Assembly: GCA_035559535.1 (NCBI GenBank)
Contig: DATMBG010000022.1
Span: forward strand, 62,001-126,000
Length of the DNA stretch: 64,000 nucleotides
Direction: 5' to 3'
Source of the DNA: Candidatus Limnocylindrales bacterium
GTDB taxonomy: Bacteria > Moduliflexota > Moduliflexia > Moduliflexales > JAUQPW01
The notes beneath the pieces are model-generated. The model made no database searches and was not told the origin of the DNA. It was given only the letters and a program-made list of their open reading frames with translations. The translations under genes and the position numbers were made by a program. Shown here piece by piece: positions 36,814 through 46,056 of the stretch; the stretch's first letter is position 1, and every line of letters begins with the position of its first letter.

Positions 36814-37427
36814 GCTTCGGCCTCCTCCTGTAGTTTTTCTCTATAAAAAGAAATTACCGTATCTCCGAAATACTTTTGACGAAACAAAGCCATCCTCGAT
36901 AAAACTTCAGGTAAAGCCACCCTTTTAGAGTGCTCTATAATGACCAGACCATCCTTGGCCAGCAAATCCAAGGAATCTAATCTCCTGAGGGTATCTTGTG
37001 CTAACCCAGGATTTCCATACGGGGGATCCGCAAAAATAAAATCGAAACTTTTTATCCGGGCCTCCGAACGGGTAGAATCCTCACCCGGGTAGAGACGACC
37101 GACTCTACGAAGGAATTTTAAGACATCTTCACAATAAACATCAGCATTTTGGGAGAACTTACAACGTTCCAGGTTTTTGCGAAGAATCTCCACATGGTAT
37201 GGGTTTTTTTCTACAAACACCCCATGTCGGGCCCCACGACTCAGGGCTTCTAATCCTATACTCCCTACCCCGGCAAATAAATCCAGAAACTCGGCCCCTA
37301 CTATATGTTCTCCGATTATATTAAAAAGAGACTCCTTAACCCTATCCTGAGTAGGGCGTATGGCCAGGCCCTTAGCAGTCAACAAACGCCGACCTTTAGC
37401 GGTCCCACCGATAATACGCATAGCCAT
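36801..37427 (-). CDS. rsmD: 16S rRNA m2G966 methyltransferase
   Basis: MRIIGG..KGR.L, RPT.DRVKESLFN, LDLFAG.G, EALSRG, DPPY. Confidence 0.93.
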   Translation of the reverse strand: MAMRIIGGTAKGRRLLTAKGLAIRPTQDRVKESLFNIIGEHIVGAEFLDLFAGVGSIGLEALSRGARHGVFVEKNPYHVEILRKNLERCKFSQNADVYCEDVLKFLRRVGRLYPGEDSTRSEARIKSFDFIFADPPYGNPGLAQDTLRRLDSLDLLAKDGLVIIEHSKRVALPEVLSRMALFRQKYFGDTVISFYREKLQEEAEAWSA

Positions 37428-37494
37428 CCGCGGATACCAGGTAAAGGATAGTAAATTTTTTGATTACTATCTCCTTCCTGAGGCCTGATCCTTA

Positions 37495-38043
37495 CTATTT
37501 GTATCGAACCACCCGGAAAGTTACAGTGGCTTCTGCTTTGCGGTCCCGGGGAACAACCGCTAAATTTTTTGTTACCACTTTATTGAACTCTGAACGGGTA
37601 CCTTTAATCCTTGGAAAGTCTCCGCCTCGATCAATCAAATTATCGGGTAAAAGACTCACATTATCTATGGTACAAATAGCCCAAATCTTTTCAGTACCCG
37701 GAGGTCCCGTAACCAGGAGATCAAAAGTATCCTTGGGATCTGGAATTTGATAGGTCAAATTAGCCTGAATTAAATTATCTGAAGCAAACCGATTCGGAAA
37801 AATCTGCGTAATACTATCGACGGGATTAATATCGTAAAGGCTGAGATAGCAATCCTTTGTACTCTGGACATACACTTTTGCCTTTTCATTAATCGCATAA
37901 ACAGGTTGATCTACCTGGAGACTCAAGAAAAAATTATTGTACGGAGGTGGCGGAATCGGTGAAGGCGAGGTCGTTGCACAGGCTGTTAACAAGCCAGCCC
38001 ACAGAAAGGGCAGAATCTTATAAAGTTTCCTCTGAAGTTTCAT
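37495..38043 (-). CDS. DUF4384-domain lipoprotein
   Basis: Lipobox LTAC; Y..NE....YV...KDCYLSLY...IFPN...PPGTEKI. Confidence 0.75.
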   Translation of the reverse strand: MKLQRKLYKILPFLWAGLLTACATTSPSPIPPPPYNNFFLSLQVDQPVYAINEKAKVYVQSTKDCYLSLYDINPVDSITQIFPNRFASDNLIQANLTYQIPDPKDTFDLLVTGPPGTEKIWAICTIDNVSLLPDNLIDRGGDFPRIKGTRSEFNKVVTKNLAVVPRDRKAEATVTFRVVRYK

Positions 38044-38238
38044 CGGGACACCCCCCTTAGGTCAAATCAGGTCAAGTCTTAAAGGCATTCCTGTGTTAAT
38101 ATCTATCTAACAAGAAATAAGAGTTCTGTCAAGGCATTTATCTGAATTCCATCTTGAATTAAGAAGTCTCCACAAAAAATGCTTGCACCGGAAGAAAGGT
38201 TGTGATACATAATAACCTATAAAAAATAGGAGAACCCT

Positions 38239-39270
38239 ATGAAATTAGCTCTTACCCTTCTCATACTACTAAGTTTGACCTTTATCACCATCGCGGGGTT
38301 TCAGGTTTATCAGTTTTTACATACTCGCCCGGATCCGTCTGGAAGTGCACGTACGGTCCATATTCCCCATGGAGCTTCCTTATCCAAAATAGCCCAGATC
38401 CTGGAATCTGAAGGCATTATCACCGACAGGCATAAATTTCTCATTGTAGCGAAATTCTCTACCCCCGGTCGTTCCATCAAAGCGGGGGAATATAGTCTGA
38501 ACACTTCCTTATTACCGTTGGAGGTATTAAATATCCTTAAGGAAGGTAAGACGTTATTTTATACGGTGACAATTCCGGAGGGTTATACGATTAAACAAAT
38601 AGCCGAATTACTGGCTCAGTTACACCTGGTTAATGAAGATAGATTTCTAAAACTCACTTCCGATGCAGAGCTGATCAAAGCGGTGGGCGTTGAGGCAAAA
38701 AGTTTAGAGGGTTATCTGTTCCCGGATACTTATTATCTCGATAAAACCATGTCAGAAGAAGCGATTATAAAAAAAATGGTTTCGAGATTCTGGGAAATCT
38801 TTAATGCAGACCTGCAAAATCGGGCTAAAGAAATGGGTTTTTCTTATCATCAAATCGTAACCCTGGCTTCCATCATTGAAAAAGAAACAGGGGTAGAAGA
38901 AGAGAGAAAGCTGATATCTGCCGTTTGCCATAATCGTTTAAAAAGAAAGGAACTCCTCCAGAGTGATCCTACGGTAATCTATGCCATTAAGGATTTTAAC
39001 GGCAATCTAACTCGAGAAGATCTTAAAATAGACTCACCTTATAATACCTATCGTTATCCCGGATTACCACCTGGTCCCATTGCCAATCCTGGTAAAGCTT
39101 CTCTTCTGGCTGCCTTATATCCGGCCGATGTGGATTATCTTTATTTTGTTTCTAAAAATGATGGCACTCATCAGTTTTCTTCAGATTTAAAACAACACAA
39201 TGCAGCAGTTAAAAAATATCAATTGAATGGAAGAATTAAAAATGATAAGCCGTCCGATGTCAGCAATTAA
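38239..39270 (+). CDS. mltG: Endolytic transglycosylase
   Basis: TIPEG, LEGYLFPDTY, ASIIEKE, LQSDPT, SPYNTY..PGLPPGPIANPG. Confidence 0.95.
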   Translation: MKLALTLLILLSLTFITIAGFQVYQFLHTRPDPSGSARTVHIPHGASLSKIAQILESEGIITDRHKFLIVAKFSTPGRSIKAGEYSLNTSLLPLEVLNILKEGKTLFYTVTIPEGYTIKQIAELLAQLHLVNEDRFLKLTSDAELIKAVGVEAKSLEGYLFPDTYYLDKTMSEEAIIKKMVSRFWEIFNADLQNRAKEMGFSYHQIVTLASIIEKETGVEEERKLISAVCHNRLKRKELLQSDPTVIYAIKDFNGNLTREDLKIDSPYNTYRYPGLPPGPIANPGKASLLAALYPADVDYLYFVSKNDGTHQFSSDLKQHNAAVKKYQLNGRIKNDKPSDVSN

Positions 39271-39410
39271 AGCTTATCCAAAAATCTGGGTATCCCTTCG
39301 GGAGAGATCTTCGTGGGGTTGACTCTGCAGGGGGTATGGGGGCTATCTACTCTGGAGTTTAATTCTTCCTTCAGAGATTTTTGTTTGTATCCTTGATAGA
39401 AGGGGGTTGT

Positions 39411-40220
39411 ATGATAAAGAAAGTATCTAATTTTAGACTCATGGGTCTTGGAATGATGTTAGCCTATCTTGCCCTGTCGGGAGGGACACTTTCAGCACAG
39501 GAGGAATCTTCATTTTTAGAAGTGAAGGTTCGGGGGGTTGCTGCGCCGGAGTCTTCCGAAAGTCCGGTGGTAGTTTTAGAAACAAGGGAGCACGATAAAG
39601 CTCTCTTTATCTGGGTCGGAGTTCCAGAAGCCACTGCCATCGAATTGGAGCTTAACCATATCACCCCACCTCGACCCATGACCCATGATTTGTTGAAAAA
39701 CATTTTGGAGAAGCTCGAGGCCAAGGTGAAAAAAGTCCGGATTACGGAGCTAAGGGGAAATACCTATTATGCCAGTATTGATCTGGTAGTCAGAGGGGTA
39801 GAGGTTGTTATGGACTCCCGACCCAGTGATGCAATTGCTCTGGCTTTACGAACCAATTCCCCTATCTATGTGGCTAAAAAGATTATGGAGGAGAGAAGCA
39901 TAGATCTTTCCGAAGAAACAGAAGCCGATACAGAAAGTTTTTCTAAGTACGGAATAACGGTTCAAACCCTTACTCCAGCTCTGGCCAAATTGCTTCAGGT
40001 TCCTGAAGGGGAAGGGGTTTTGATTGCTCAGGTCCAATCCGATACCGTGGCTGCTAAGGCCGGGTTGCTCCGAGGGGATGTAATTACCCAACTGGCTGGA
40101 ACTTCGATTAAAACGCTCCAGGAGTTCAAGCAGAAAATGGAAAATTTAACCGAAAAGGAGGTTCCTATTAAAATCCTGCGAGATGGAAAGCCTTTGGATC
40201 TGATTTTAAAAATAGAGTAA
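39411..40220 (+). CDS. DUF151 (bifunctional nuclease) domain plus PDZ domain, with predicted signal peptide
   Basis: IWVG..EA.AI, RPMTHDL, DSRPSDAIALALR; C-terminal PDZ GVLI..V....A.KAGL.RGDVI. Confidence 0.85.
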   Translation: MIKKVSNFRLMGLGMMLAYLALSGGTLSAQEESSFLEVKVRGVAAPESSESPVVVLETREHDKALFIWVGVPEATAIELELNHITPPRPMTHDLLKNILEKLEAKVKKVRITELRGNTYYASIDLVVRGVEVVMDSRPSDAIALALRTNSPIYVAKKIMEERSIDLSEETEADTESFSKYGITVQTLTPALAKLLQVPEGEGVLIAQVQSDTVAAKAGLLRGDVITQLAGTSIKTLQEFKQKMENLTEKEVPIKILRDGKPLDLILKIE

Positions 40221-40353
40221 AACCGGATATGTCTGAATCGGATCAGGTAGATAAAAAAAGTTGACAAAAAAAGTTTTCATGGTAACGTTAAAATAGTAGG
40301 AGTTTAGGCCGTTATTTTAACAGATTAAGGTTAAAAAAGGAGGTAGAGAGGAT

Positions 40354-40542
40354 ATGTTCGGTTTGGGCATGCCAGAACTTATTGTTATTCTATTTCTTGT
40401 ATTAATTGTTTTTGGGGCCGGGAAACTACCGGAAATAGGAGGTGGTTTGGGAAAAGCCATCCAAAATTTTAAAAAAGCCACCCGTGAGGCTGAATTGGAA
40501 GAACGGATAGAGGAAAAAAAGATTGAGGAAAAAGCTTCCTAA
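40354..40542 (+). CDS. tatA: Twin-arginine translocase TatA/E
   Basis: [12 protein letters not shown]...[22 protein letters not shown]. Confidence 0.95.
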   Translation: MFGLGMPELIVILFLVLIVFGAGKLPEIGGGLGKAIQNFKKATREAELEERIEEKKIEEKAS

Positions 40543-40630
40543 AATTAAGGGTTTAAGTTTTTAAATTTAAAGCAGATCATAAAGTCCCTGAAAGAGGATG
40601 GAGATCTGCTTTTTTAGTTGTAGTAGTTAA

Positions 40631-42949
40631 ATGGATTCTCTTTTAAAATTTCTTGGCCTACAAACCCAAGATTATAATGCTTACGAAATTCAATTTTTGC
40701 AACCGATCCCCGGATGGATTCTGGCTGCTTTAGCCGTTGTCATTGGGGTTTTAATCTTCTTCTCCGCCAGAAATGTGAAGGGTAAAATCTCTGGTGGATT
40801 ACGGACCTTCCTGTTTGCCCTTCGTGTGCTGGTTTTCCTTCTTCTTTTTACGGCTCTCCTTCAACCCAATTTGGGTTTAATGAAAAGGCGGTTCATCAAA
40901 CCTATTATCGCCGTGCTGGTAGATACTTCGTCCAGTATGAATATTAAAGATATGGCCAACGATCAATCCAGGATCGAAGCGGTCAAACATCTATTTAAAT
41001 CCCTGAAAGAAGAAGGAAAACTGGAAGAACTGGCTAAAGACCAGGAAGTACATTTTTTTCAATTCTCAGAGACACTTTCTCCCATAGAGTTAGCCCAACT
41101 GGAGAATCTCGAAGCCCGGGGTTCTAAAACACAACTGGTCCATGCCCTGAATCAGCTCGGTAAGGATTTTTCTAATCAGCCACTGGAAGCTATTTTTGTT
41201 TTTTCCGATGGAATGGATAACGTGGTCACTTCACCCCAGACTTTAGAAACCCGTAAGATTCCCATTTATACTTTTGGAGTGGGGGATCCCCAGAGGTTGA
41301 TCGATGTTCAAATTGCCGATTTAGTCGCAGATGAGTTTGCTTTTTTAGATAAGGAAGTAGAAGTCGATGTAACGGTTCGTGGAACCGGATTAAAGGGCAA
41401 AGTTATTCCGGTTACGCTGACTCAAGATGGGGCTCCTGTGGCAATGCAAAGGGTTGAATTTCCCAAAGATAGCTATGAGACCACGCTTAAACTCAATTTT
41501 ACCCCTCGGGAAACAGGAACCTTTGATTACCTGGTATCGGTTCCAGTCCAGGCCGGAGAAATCGTAACCGATAATAATCGGAAGCATTTCACCATGCAGG
41601 TGGTACGGAATAAACTGCGGGTTTTGCTTATTTCTGGAAACCCCCGGTGGGAATATCGGTTTTTAAGAAGAGCCCTTAAGAAAGACCCCAATATTGAGTT
41701 GGTTTCATTCATGATCCTCCGAAGTGCTTACGATATCGTAGATGTACCCAATGATCAACTCAGTTTGATTCCTTTTCCTGTGCATCGGCTGTTTACAGAG
41801 GATCTCCCCAAATTTGACCTGCTCATCTTTGACAATTTTGATTATCGACCTTATTTTTCTCCCATTTATCTGGAAAATATCCGTCAATTTGTAGAACAGC
41901 AGGGCAAGGCCTTCATTATGATCGGAGGAGAACACTCCTTCAATGCAGCCAGTTATCACTTTACTCCCATCGAGAGGATCATACCTGTGGATATCAATAA
42001 CACCCCCCTGCAGCAGTCTACTGGAACAGTCTATAAAGAACCTTTCCGAATGAAATTAACCGAGGAAGGATATACCCACCCTATTACCCGATTGCTGGAA
42101 GATATAGAACAGAATAAAAAACTCTGGTCTGAAATGCCCAAATTATGGGGTTATAACTATGTAACCCGACCCAAACCCGGAGCCATTACCCTGGGGGTTC
42201 ATAGTAATCGAAAAACCGAGTACGGAAACATGCCGGTTCTTGTGGTCCAGCAGGTTGGGGAGGGTAGAGTCATGGCCATAACCTCCGGTTCAACCTGGCG
42301 ATGGAGTTTTGAAAGCGTAGCTAAAGGGGGATCAGATCAATACTACCTTCAATTTTGGAGACAAGTCATCCGTTGGCTGACAAAAGCTCCAGAGCTTCGA
42401 CTGGTCAAACTTAAAACGAACAAAAAAAATTATGACCGTGGGGAGGAAGTCAATATCGAAGTAACCGTACTGAATGAGAGCTATCAGCCTCTGAACGAGG
42501 TAGAGCTTAAATTGACTTTACAAAAAGCCGATGGCAACTCCCAAGAACTCAATCTTTTTAAATCCGAAAATACTGATGGTCTTTTTCAAACGGTAACCCG
42601 AATCGAAGAGCCGGGAATTTATAAACTTAAAGTATCTGCAAAGTATAATGGGAAACTGTTGGGAGAGGATCAACAAACCATCGAAGTCTCTCTATCCGAT
42701 CTGGAGCTGGAAAACCCCGAGTTAAACAGCAACTTCTTGAAGGAACTTTCCAGCCTGACCGGCGGTGCTTATACCCATATCTCGGCAGAAAATGAAGTTA
42801 AATCCAGGTTCAGTATGAAGTTGCCCATGAAGGTAGAAACCACCGAGGTTAACAATGTGGACCTTTGGGACAATCCTTTAAGTTTTGCTTTGATCTTTAC
42901 TCTGCTCTGTGTAGAATGGGTAGTAAGAAAACGAGCCGGAATGAAATAA
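40631..42949 (+). CDS. Membrane protein with vWA, Ig-like and GATase1-like (DUF1355-like) domains
   Basis: DTSSSM MIDAS-like motif, FSDG, PRWEYRFLRRAL, LIPFP, GEGRV...WRW, C-terminal EWVVRKR. Confidence 0.8.
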   Translation: MDSLLKFLGLQTQDYNAYEIQFLQPIPGWILAALAVVIGVLIFFSARNVKGKISGGLRTFLFALRVLVFLLLFTALLQPNLGLMKRRFIKPIIAVLVDTSSSMNIKDMANDQSRIEAVKHLFKSLKEEGKLEELAKDQEVHFFQFSETLSPIELAQLENLEARGSKTQLVHALNQLGKDFSNQPLEAIFVFSDGMDNVVTSPQTLETRKIPIYTFGVGDPQRLIDVQIADLVADEFAFLDKEVEVDVTVRGTGLKGKVIPVTLTQDGAPVAMQRVEFPKDSYETTLKLNFTPRETGTFDYLVSVPVQAGEIVTDNNRKHFTMQVVRNKLRVLLISGNPRWEYRFLRRALKKDPNIELVSFMILRSAYDIVDVPNDQLSLIPFPVHRLFTEDLPKFDLLIFDNFDYRPYFSPIYLENIRQFVEQQGKAFIMIGGEHSFNAASYHFTPIERIIPVDINNTPLQQSTGTVYKEPFRMKLTEEGYTHPITRLLEDIEQNKKLWSEMPKLWGYNYVTRPKPGAITLGVHSNRKTEYGNMPVLVVQQVGEGRVMAITSGSTWRWSFESVAKGGSDQYYLQFWRQVIRWLTKAPELRLVKLKTNKKNYDRGEEVNIEVTVLNESYQPLNEVELKLTLQKADGNSQELNLFKSENTDGLFQTVTRIEEPGIYKLKVSAKYNGKLLGEDQQTIEVSLSDLELENPELNSNFLKELSSLTGGAYTHISAENEVKSRFSMKLPMKVETTEVNNVDLWDNPLSFALIFTLLCVEWVVRKRAGMK

Positions 42950-42980
42950 CTCTCCCTCTAAGAAGGACCCTGTTTGAAAC

Positions 42981-43060
42981 ACAGGGACTAAGGGGACACG
43001 GGGACATAGCGACTGAGAAACACGGGGCTTAGGGGACGCGAAGACCTGTCTCCGCGTCCC
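42981..43060. repeat. Nonamer (GGGGACACG-type) palindromic array
   Basis: ggggacacgggga...ggggacgcg...ccgcgtccc. Confidence 0.55.
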
Positions 43061-43114
43061 AGATATGGCCCTTTTTTACTCTGGCCATTGACTTCCGACC
43101 TCGGATTCCGATTT

Positions 43115-43789
43115 TTAAATACTCCTTCGGATCTGTTCAATTTCCTCTCTGAGCTGTCGGACCTTGAATTGATATTCTTCCAGTTTACCGTTTAAAGAAC
43201 TTTCCGCAAGAAGCCGATGTTTATACGTTCGGTAGGCATCGAAGAGATTTAATAATTCATCGATTCTTTTGGCAACTTTGGCGGCCGTTTCTGTCCAGGT
43301 TCGAGGGTTAAAAAAGGTTTCTTCATAGGGTTTACCGGCTTCGATACTTTTTATGATATCTTGAAATTCAAAATAAATCTCGCCGGTATCGTAATCCAGT
43401 TGTAAATCGATATTCTCCGGATCCTCTGCAGTTATTTCTCGTAGGGCCTGCAGAGCTTCTTGAGAGCTATAACCTAATCCTGTTACCAAATCCAGGGGTC
43501 TTACCTTTCCCCGATTTTGAAAGGCTATCTTTCGGATCGCATTTCTTAAAAGTTTTCTTTTGAAAGCCGTTTTCCGTGTATGACCTCTCTTGAGTAAACC
43601 TATTCCGATTCCTAAGGGAGTAAGGCCAAATAGAAGATAACCTGCTACGAAGGGGGCCTGGAGACCAAAGATACCCCAGACTAGTAAAAAGAAGAAGGTA
43701 ACCAAAAGACCTATGAGAACCGATACCCCCCCGGCTGCGAAGTCAAAGGTGATACTTACCCCTTCTGAAATTTTATCAATACTTTTCAT
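43115..43789 (-). CDS. Hypothetical membrane protein (two TM helices plus soluble domain)
   Basis: Two hydrophobic segments near the N-terminus; no recognised family. Confidence 0.65.
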   Translation of the reverse strand: MKSIDKISEGVSITFDFAAGGVSVLIGLLVTFFFLLVWGIFGLQAPFVAGYLLFGLTPLGIGIGLLKRGHTRKTAFKRKLLRNAIRKIAFQNRGKVRPLDLVTGLGYSSQEALQALREITAEDPENIDLQLDYDTGEIYFEFQDIIKSIEAGKPYEETFFNPRTWTETAAKVAKRIDELLNLFDAYRTYKHRLLAESSLNGKLEEYQFKVRQLREEIEQIRRSI

Positions 43790-43890
43790 TTTTAAAAGTT
43801 TAAAAAATCTTGTTGCTTATACTCTGCTGGATACCTACAGTATCTAAGATATGAGCTTTCCCAGGTCCTGTCAATGTTAATCCCAATTCT

Positions 43891-44028
43891 GGTATCCATA
43901 TCAATTTCTTACGAAAATCGTCTTACGATTTTCATGCTTCGTGGCGACCCAATGGGTCATGACCGTTCAGTAAGTAGAAAAAGAAACACCCCCCCTGGGA
44001 GGGGGAGCCAGGGGGGTGTTCAGATATC
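43891..44028. mobile_element. MITE-like element, family A copy 3 (truncated)
   Basis: ggtatccatatcaattt left end; ggtcatgaccgttcagtaagtagaaaaagaaacacccc core; shortened G/C hairpin. Confidence 0.65.
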
Positions 44029-44070
44029 CCTTGACAAAAAGAAATCTCGTTCCTTACTTATTAAAGGGGT

Positions 44071-44301
44071 ATGGGTGTTCTGGATCGTTTAAGAAGCCTT
44101 TTTTCAAAGAAGGAAGGTAAATCAAAGGAATCCAGACTATCCTCTATTTCCTGGTCTAAACCTAAACATTCCTGTTACTATTGTAAAAACTTTCTACTCA
44201 ACACGCGGCAATGCCACCTCAAGAAATTTATAGGCTCCATTGAGTTATCTGAAGCCCAAAAGATTAACCAGTGTGATGCCTGGGTCGAGGTCAGTAAATA
44301 A
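44071..44301 (+). CDS. Small Cys-rich hypothetical protein
   Basis: CYYC-x9-C-x19-CDAW; TTGACA at 44031 and ggggt before the ATG. Confidence 0.55.
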   Translation: MGVLDRLRSLFSKKEGKSKESRLSSISWSKPKHSCYYCKNFLLNTRQCHLKKFIGSIELSEAQKINQCDAWVEVSK

Positions 44302-44311
44302 ACGATCCCCT

Positions 44312-45238
44312 TTACCGGGGCGTTCTCTGCGGACCACGCTTCTGAAAACCTTTTGGAACTTCAAATAAGGCGGGATCCAGTTTGTTGGTCAAGATTTTTT
44401 TTACCTCGGTAACTTCCACACTATAGGGAGATTTACTGATTACCTTTATAGGGAGCCCCTCGATAATCTGTAACTTTTCAAGCTCACGTTGTATTTCAGG
44501 ATTTTCTCGCACTATGAGTTCACTGTATTTTTTCATAAGGGCACTGTATTCTTTGAACTCTACATCCTTAGTAACCCAGACTTCTTCACTACCCAACTGA
44601 TCCGTAATGATATACTGTTCACAGTTAAGACCATTCACAATCTGCTTATTTCCCGTACGGGTAACCTTAATATTCCTGGGTAGTAAGTCTTTTTGCTTGT
44701 CAGCAGGCAATCTGGCTGCAGCTTCATCGGCACGCTTTTGCAATCTTTCCCACTCTTCAAAGGAAAGTTCATAATAGATCTTACCCTGGGGAACCAGATT
44801 TAACAGTCTTCTCTTGTCCATATCCACAATGGATACGATCCCACCTGACTCAAACCTGAGCTTGTTACCCGAAATATAAAGAGTAATCTCTTCTTTTGCC
44901 TGTGCAACTTCCCCTTCCTGGGATTTAGATCTTTCTATCGCTTGTTTACGCTCCGTGATAAGTTGTTCAAGTTCTTGGATATCCCGTTTCATACGACTTT
45001 TTTGGGCTTCGTTTTTAGCCGTAGCCAGCTTTTGTTTTAAATCTTTAAGCTCTTCTTCCAGGTCTTGAAGGGTTCCAGTTCCTTCATCTACCTGTTCCTC
45101 CAGTTCCGGTTTTTTAAAGTTTTCTCCCGGAGAAGAGGTAAGTTCTTGAACCACCGTAATGTCGGCGAAGATCCAAGAGGGAGATAAAAATACCAGGCTT
45201 AAGGTTAAAGAAATAAAGAGAATTTTAATTTTCATCAT
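44312..45238 (-). CDS. Secreted DUF4412-like protein with a coiled-coil insert
   Basis: Signal peptide; TGNKQIVNGLNCEQY, EVWVT, GLPIK, LFEVPKGF. Confidence 0.75.
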   Translation of the reverse strand: MMKIKILFISLTLSLVFLSPSWIFADITVVQELTSSPGENFKKPELEEQVDEGTGTLQDLEEELKDLKQKLATAKNEAQKSRMKRDIQELEQLITERKQAIERSKSQEGEVAQAKEEITLYISGNKLRFESGGIVSIVDMDKRRLLNLVPQGKIYYELSFEEWERLQKRADEAAARLPADKQKDLLPRNIKVTRTGNKQIVNGLNCEQYIITDQLGSEEVWVTKDVEFKEYSALMKKYSELIVRENPEIQRELEKLQIIEGLPIKVISKSPYSVEVTEVKKILTNKLDPALFEVPKGFQKRGPQRTPR

Positions 45239-45357
45239 TTTTTCCCTTTAGCCACAAAGGCGCTCAGATATCAGGAAGGAAATGTAAAACTTAAGGAGCA
45301 AAACAAAGATTAAAGGCAACCCAGGGGAAATTCTTTATGCTACCCTTCGCCTTCCCA

Positions 45358-45387
45358 AGTACGGGCACGGCGCACCGTGCCCGTACT
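45358..45387. repeat. Perfect REP-like palindrome
   Basis: agtacgggcacgg-cgca-ccgtgcccgtact. Confidence 0.75.
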
Positions 45388-45433
45388 GTGCCTTTGCAAC
45401 TCCAGGTTATTCAGATTTTAACAGGAGACCAGG

Positions 45434-46048
45434 TTAAAAAAATCCACGAATGGCATTAAAACCCATGACGACAATAACTCCAAAAATAAAGATGCTCAGG
45501 ATCTCAGATACGCGCTGGGATTTAGGCCCAAGGGTTATCCCCCAGGTAATCCCGGCACTCCAGATACCATTTGCTAAATGAAAGGCCACAGCTAAAATTC
45601 CCAGAATATAAACCGTCAGGGTAATAGACTCATGCATTCCCTTCGACATGTGGTGATAGTCCATCTGGAAACCGTAAAGGGCCGGAGCAATTTTAGTTTT
45701 ATAAACATGGGCCGGGATAAAGAGAATCAAACCGAGGCCGCTTAAGCGTTGAAGTACATATTTCAAGTTACGAAACCAGGCATACTGGGGATAATTGATC
45801 TTCCCACGACGGGTTAGAATAAGCCCGTATATCCCATGGAAGATAAGGGGAAGATAGATAAATATAAGGACCAGGAGGAAGTAATAAGGGACCTGTCGAC
45901 CGCTTTGGAGATAAAGGTTGTAGGCCTCAGGTCCCTGGATAGAATAAGCATTGTTATACAGATGAAGGATCACATAGATCCCCAGGGGGACGATACCCAA
46001 AAGAGAGAACAATCTTTTTAAAAGAAAAGCACGTAGGGAATGTGACAT
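45434..46048 (-). CDS. sdhC: Succinate dehydrogenase/fumarate reductase cytochrome b558 subunit (Bacillus-type)
   Basis: RLFSLLGIVPLG...HL..N, PLIFHG.YG, LQRLSG...FI..HV, FHLANGIW....WGI. Confidence 0.85.
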   Translation of the reverse strand: MSHSLRAFLLKRLFSLLGIVPLGIYVILHLYNNAYSIQGPEAYNLYLQSGRQVPYYFLLVLIFIYLPLIFHGIYGLILTRRGKINYPQYAWFRNLKYVLQRLSGLGLILFIPAHVYKTKIAPALYGFQMDYHHMSKGMHESITLTVYILGILAVAFHLANGIWSAGITWGITLGPKSQRVSEILSIFIFGVIVVMGFNAIRGFF

Positions 46049-46056
46049 AGAATTAT

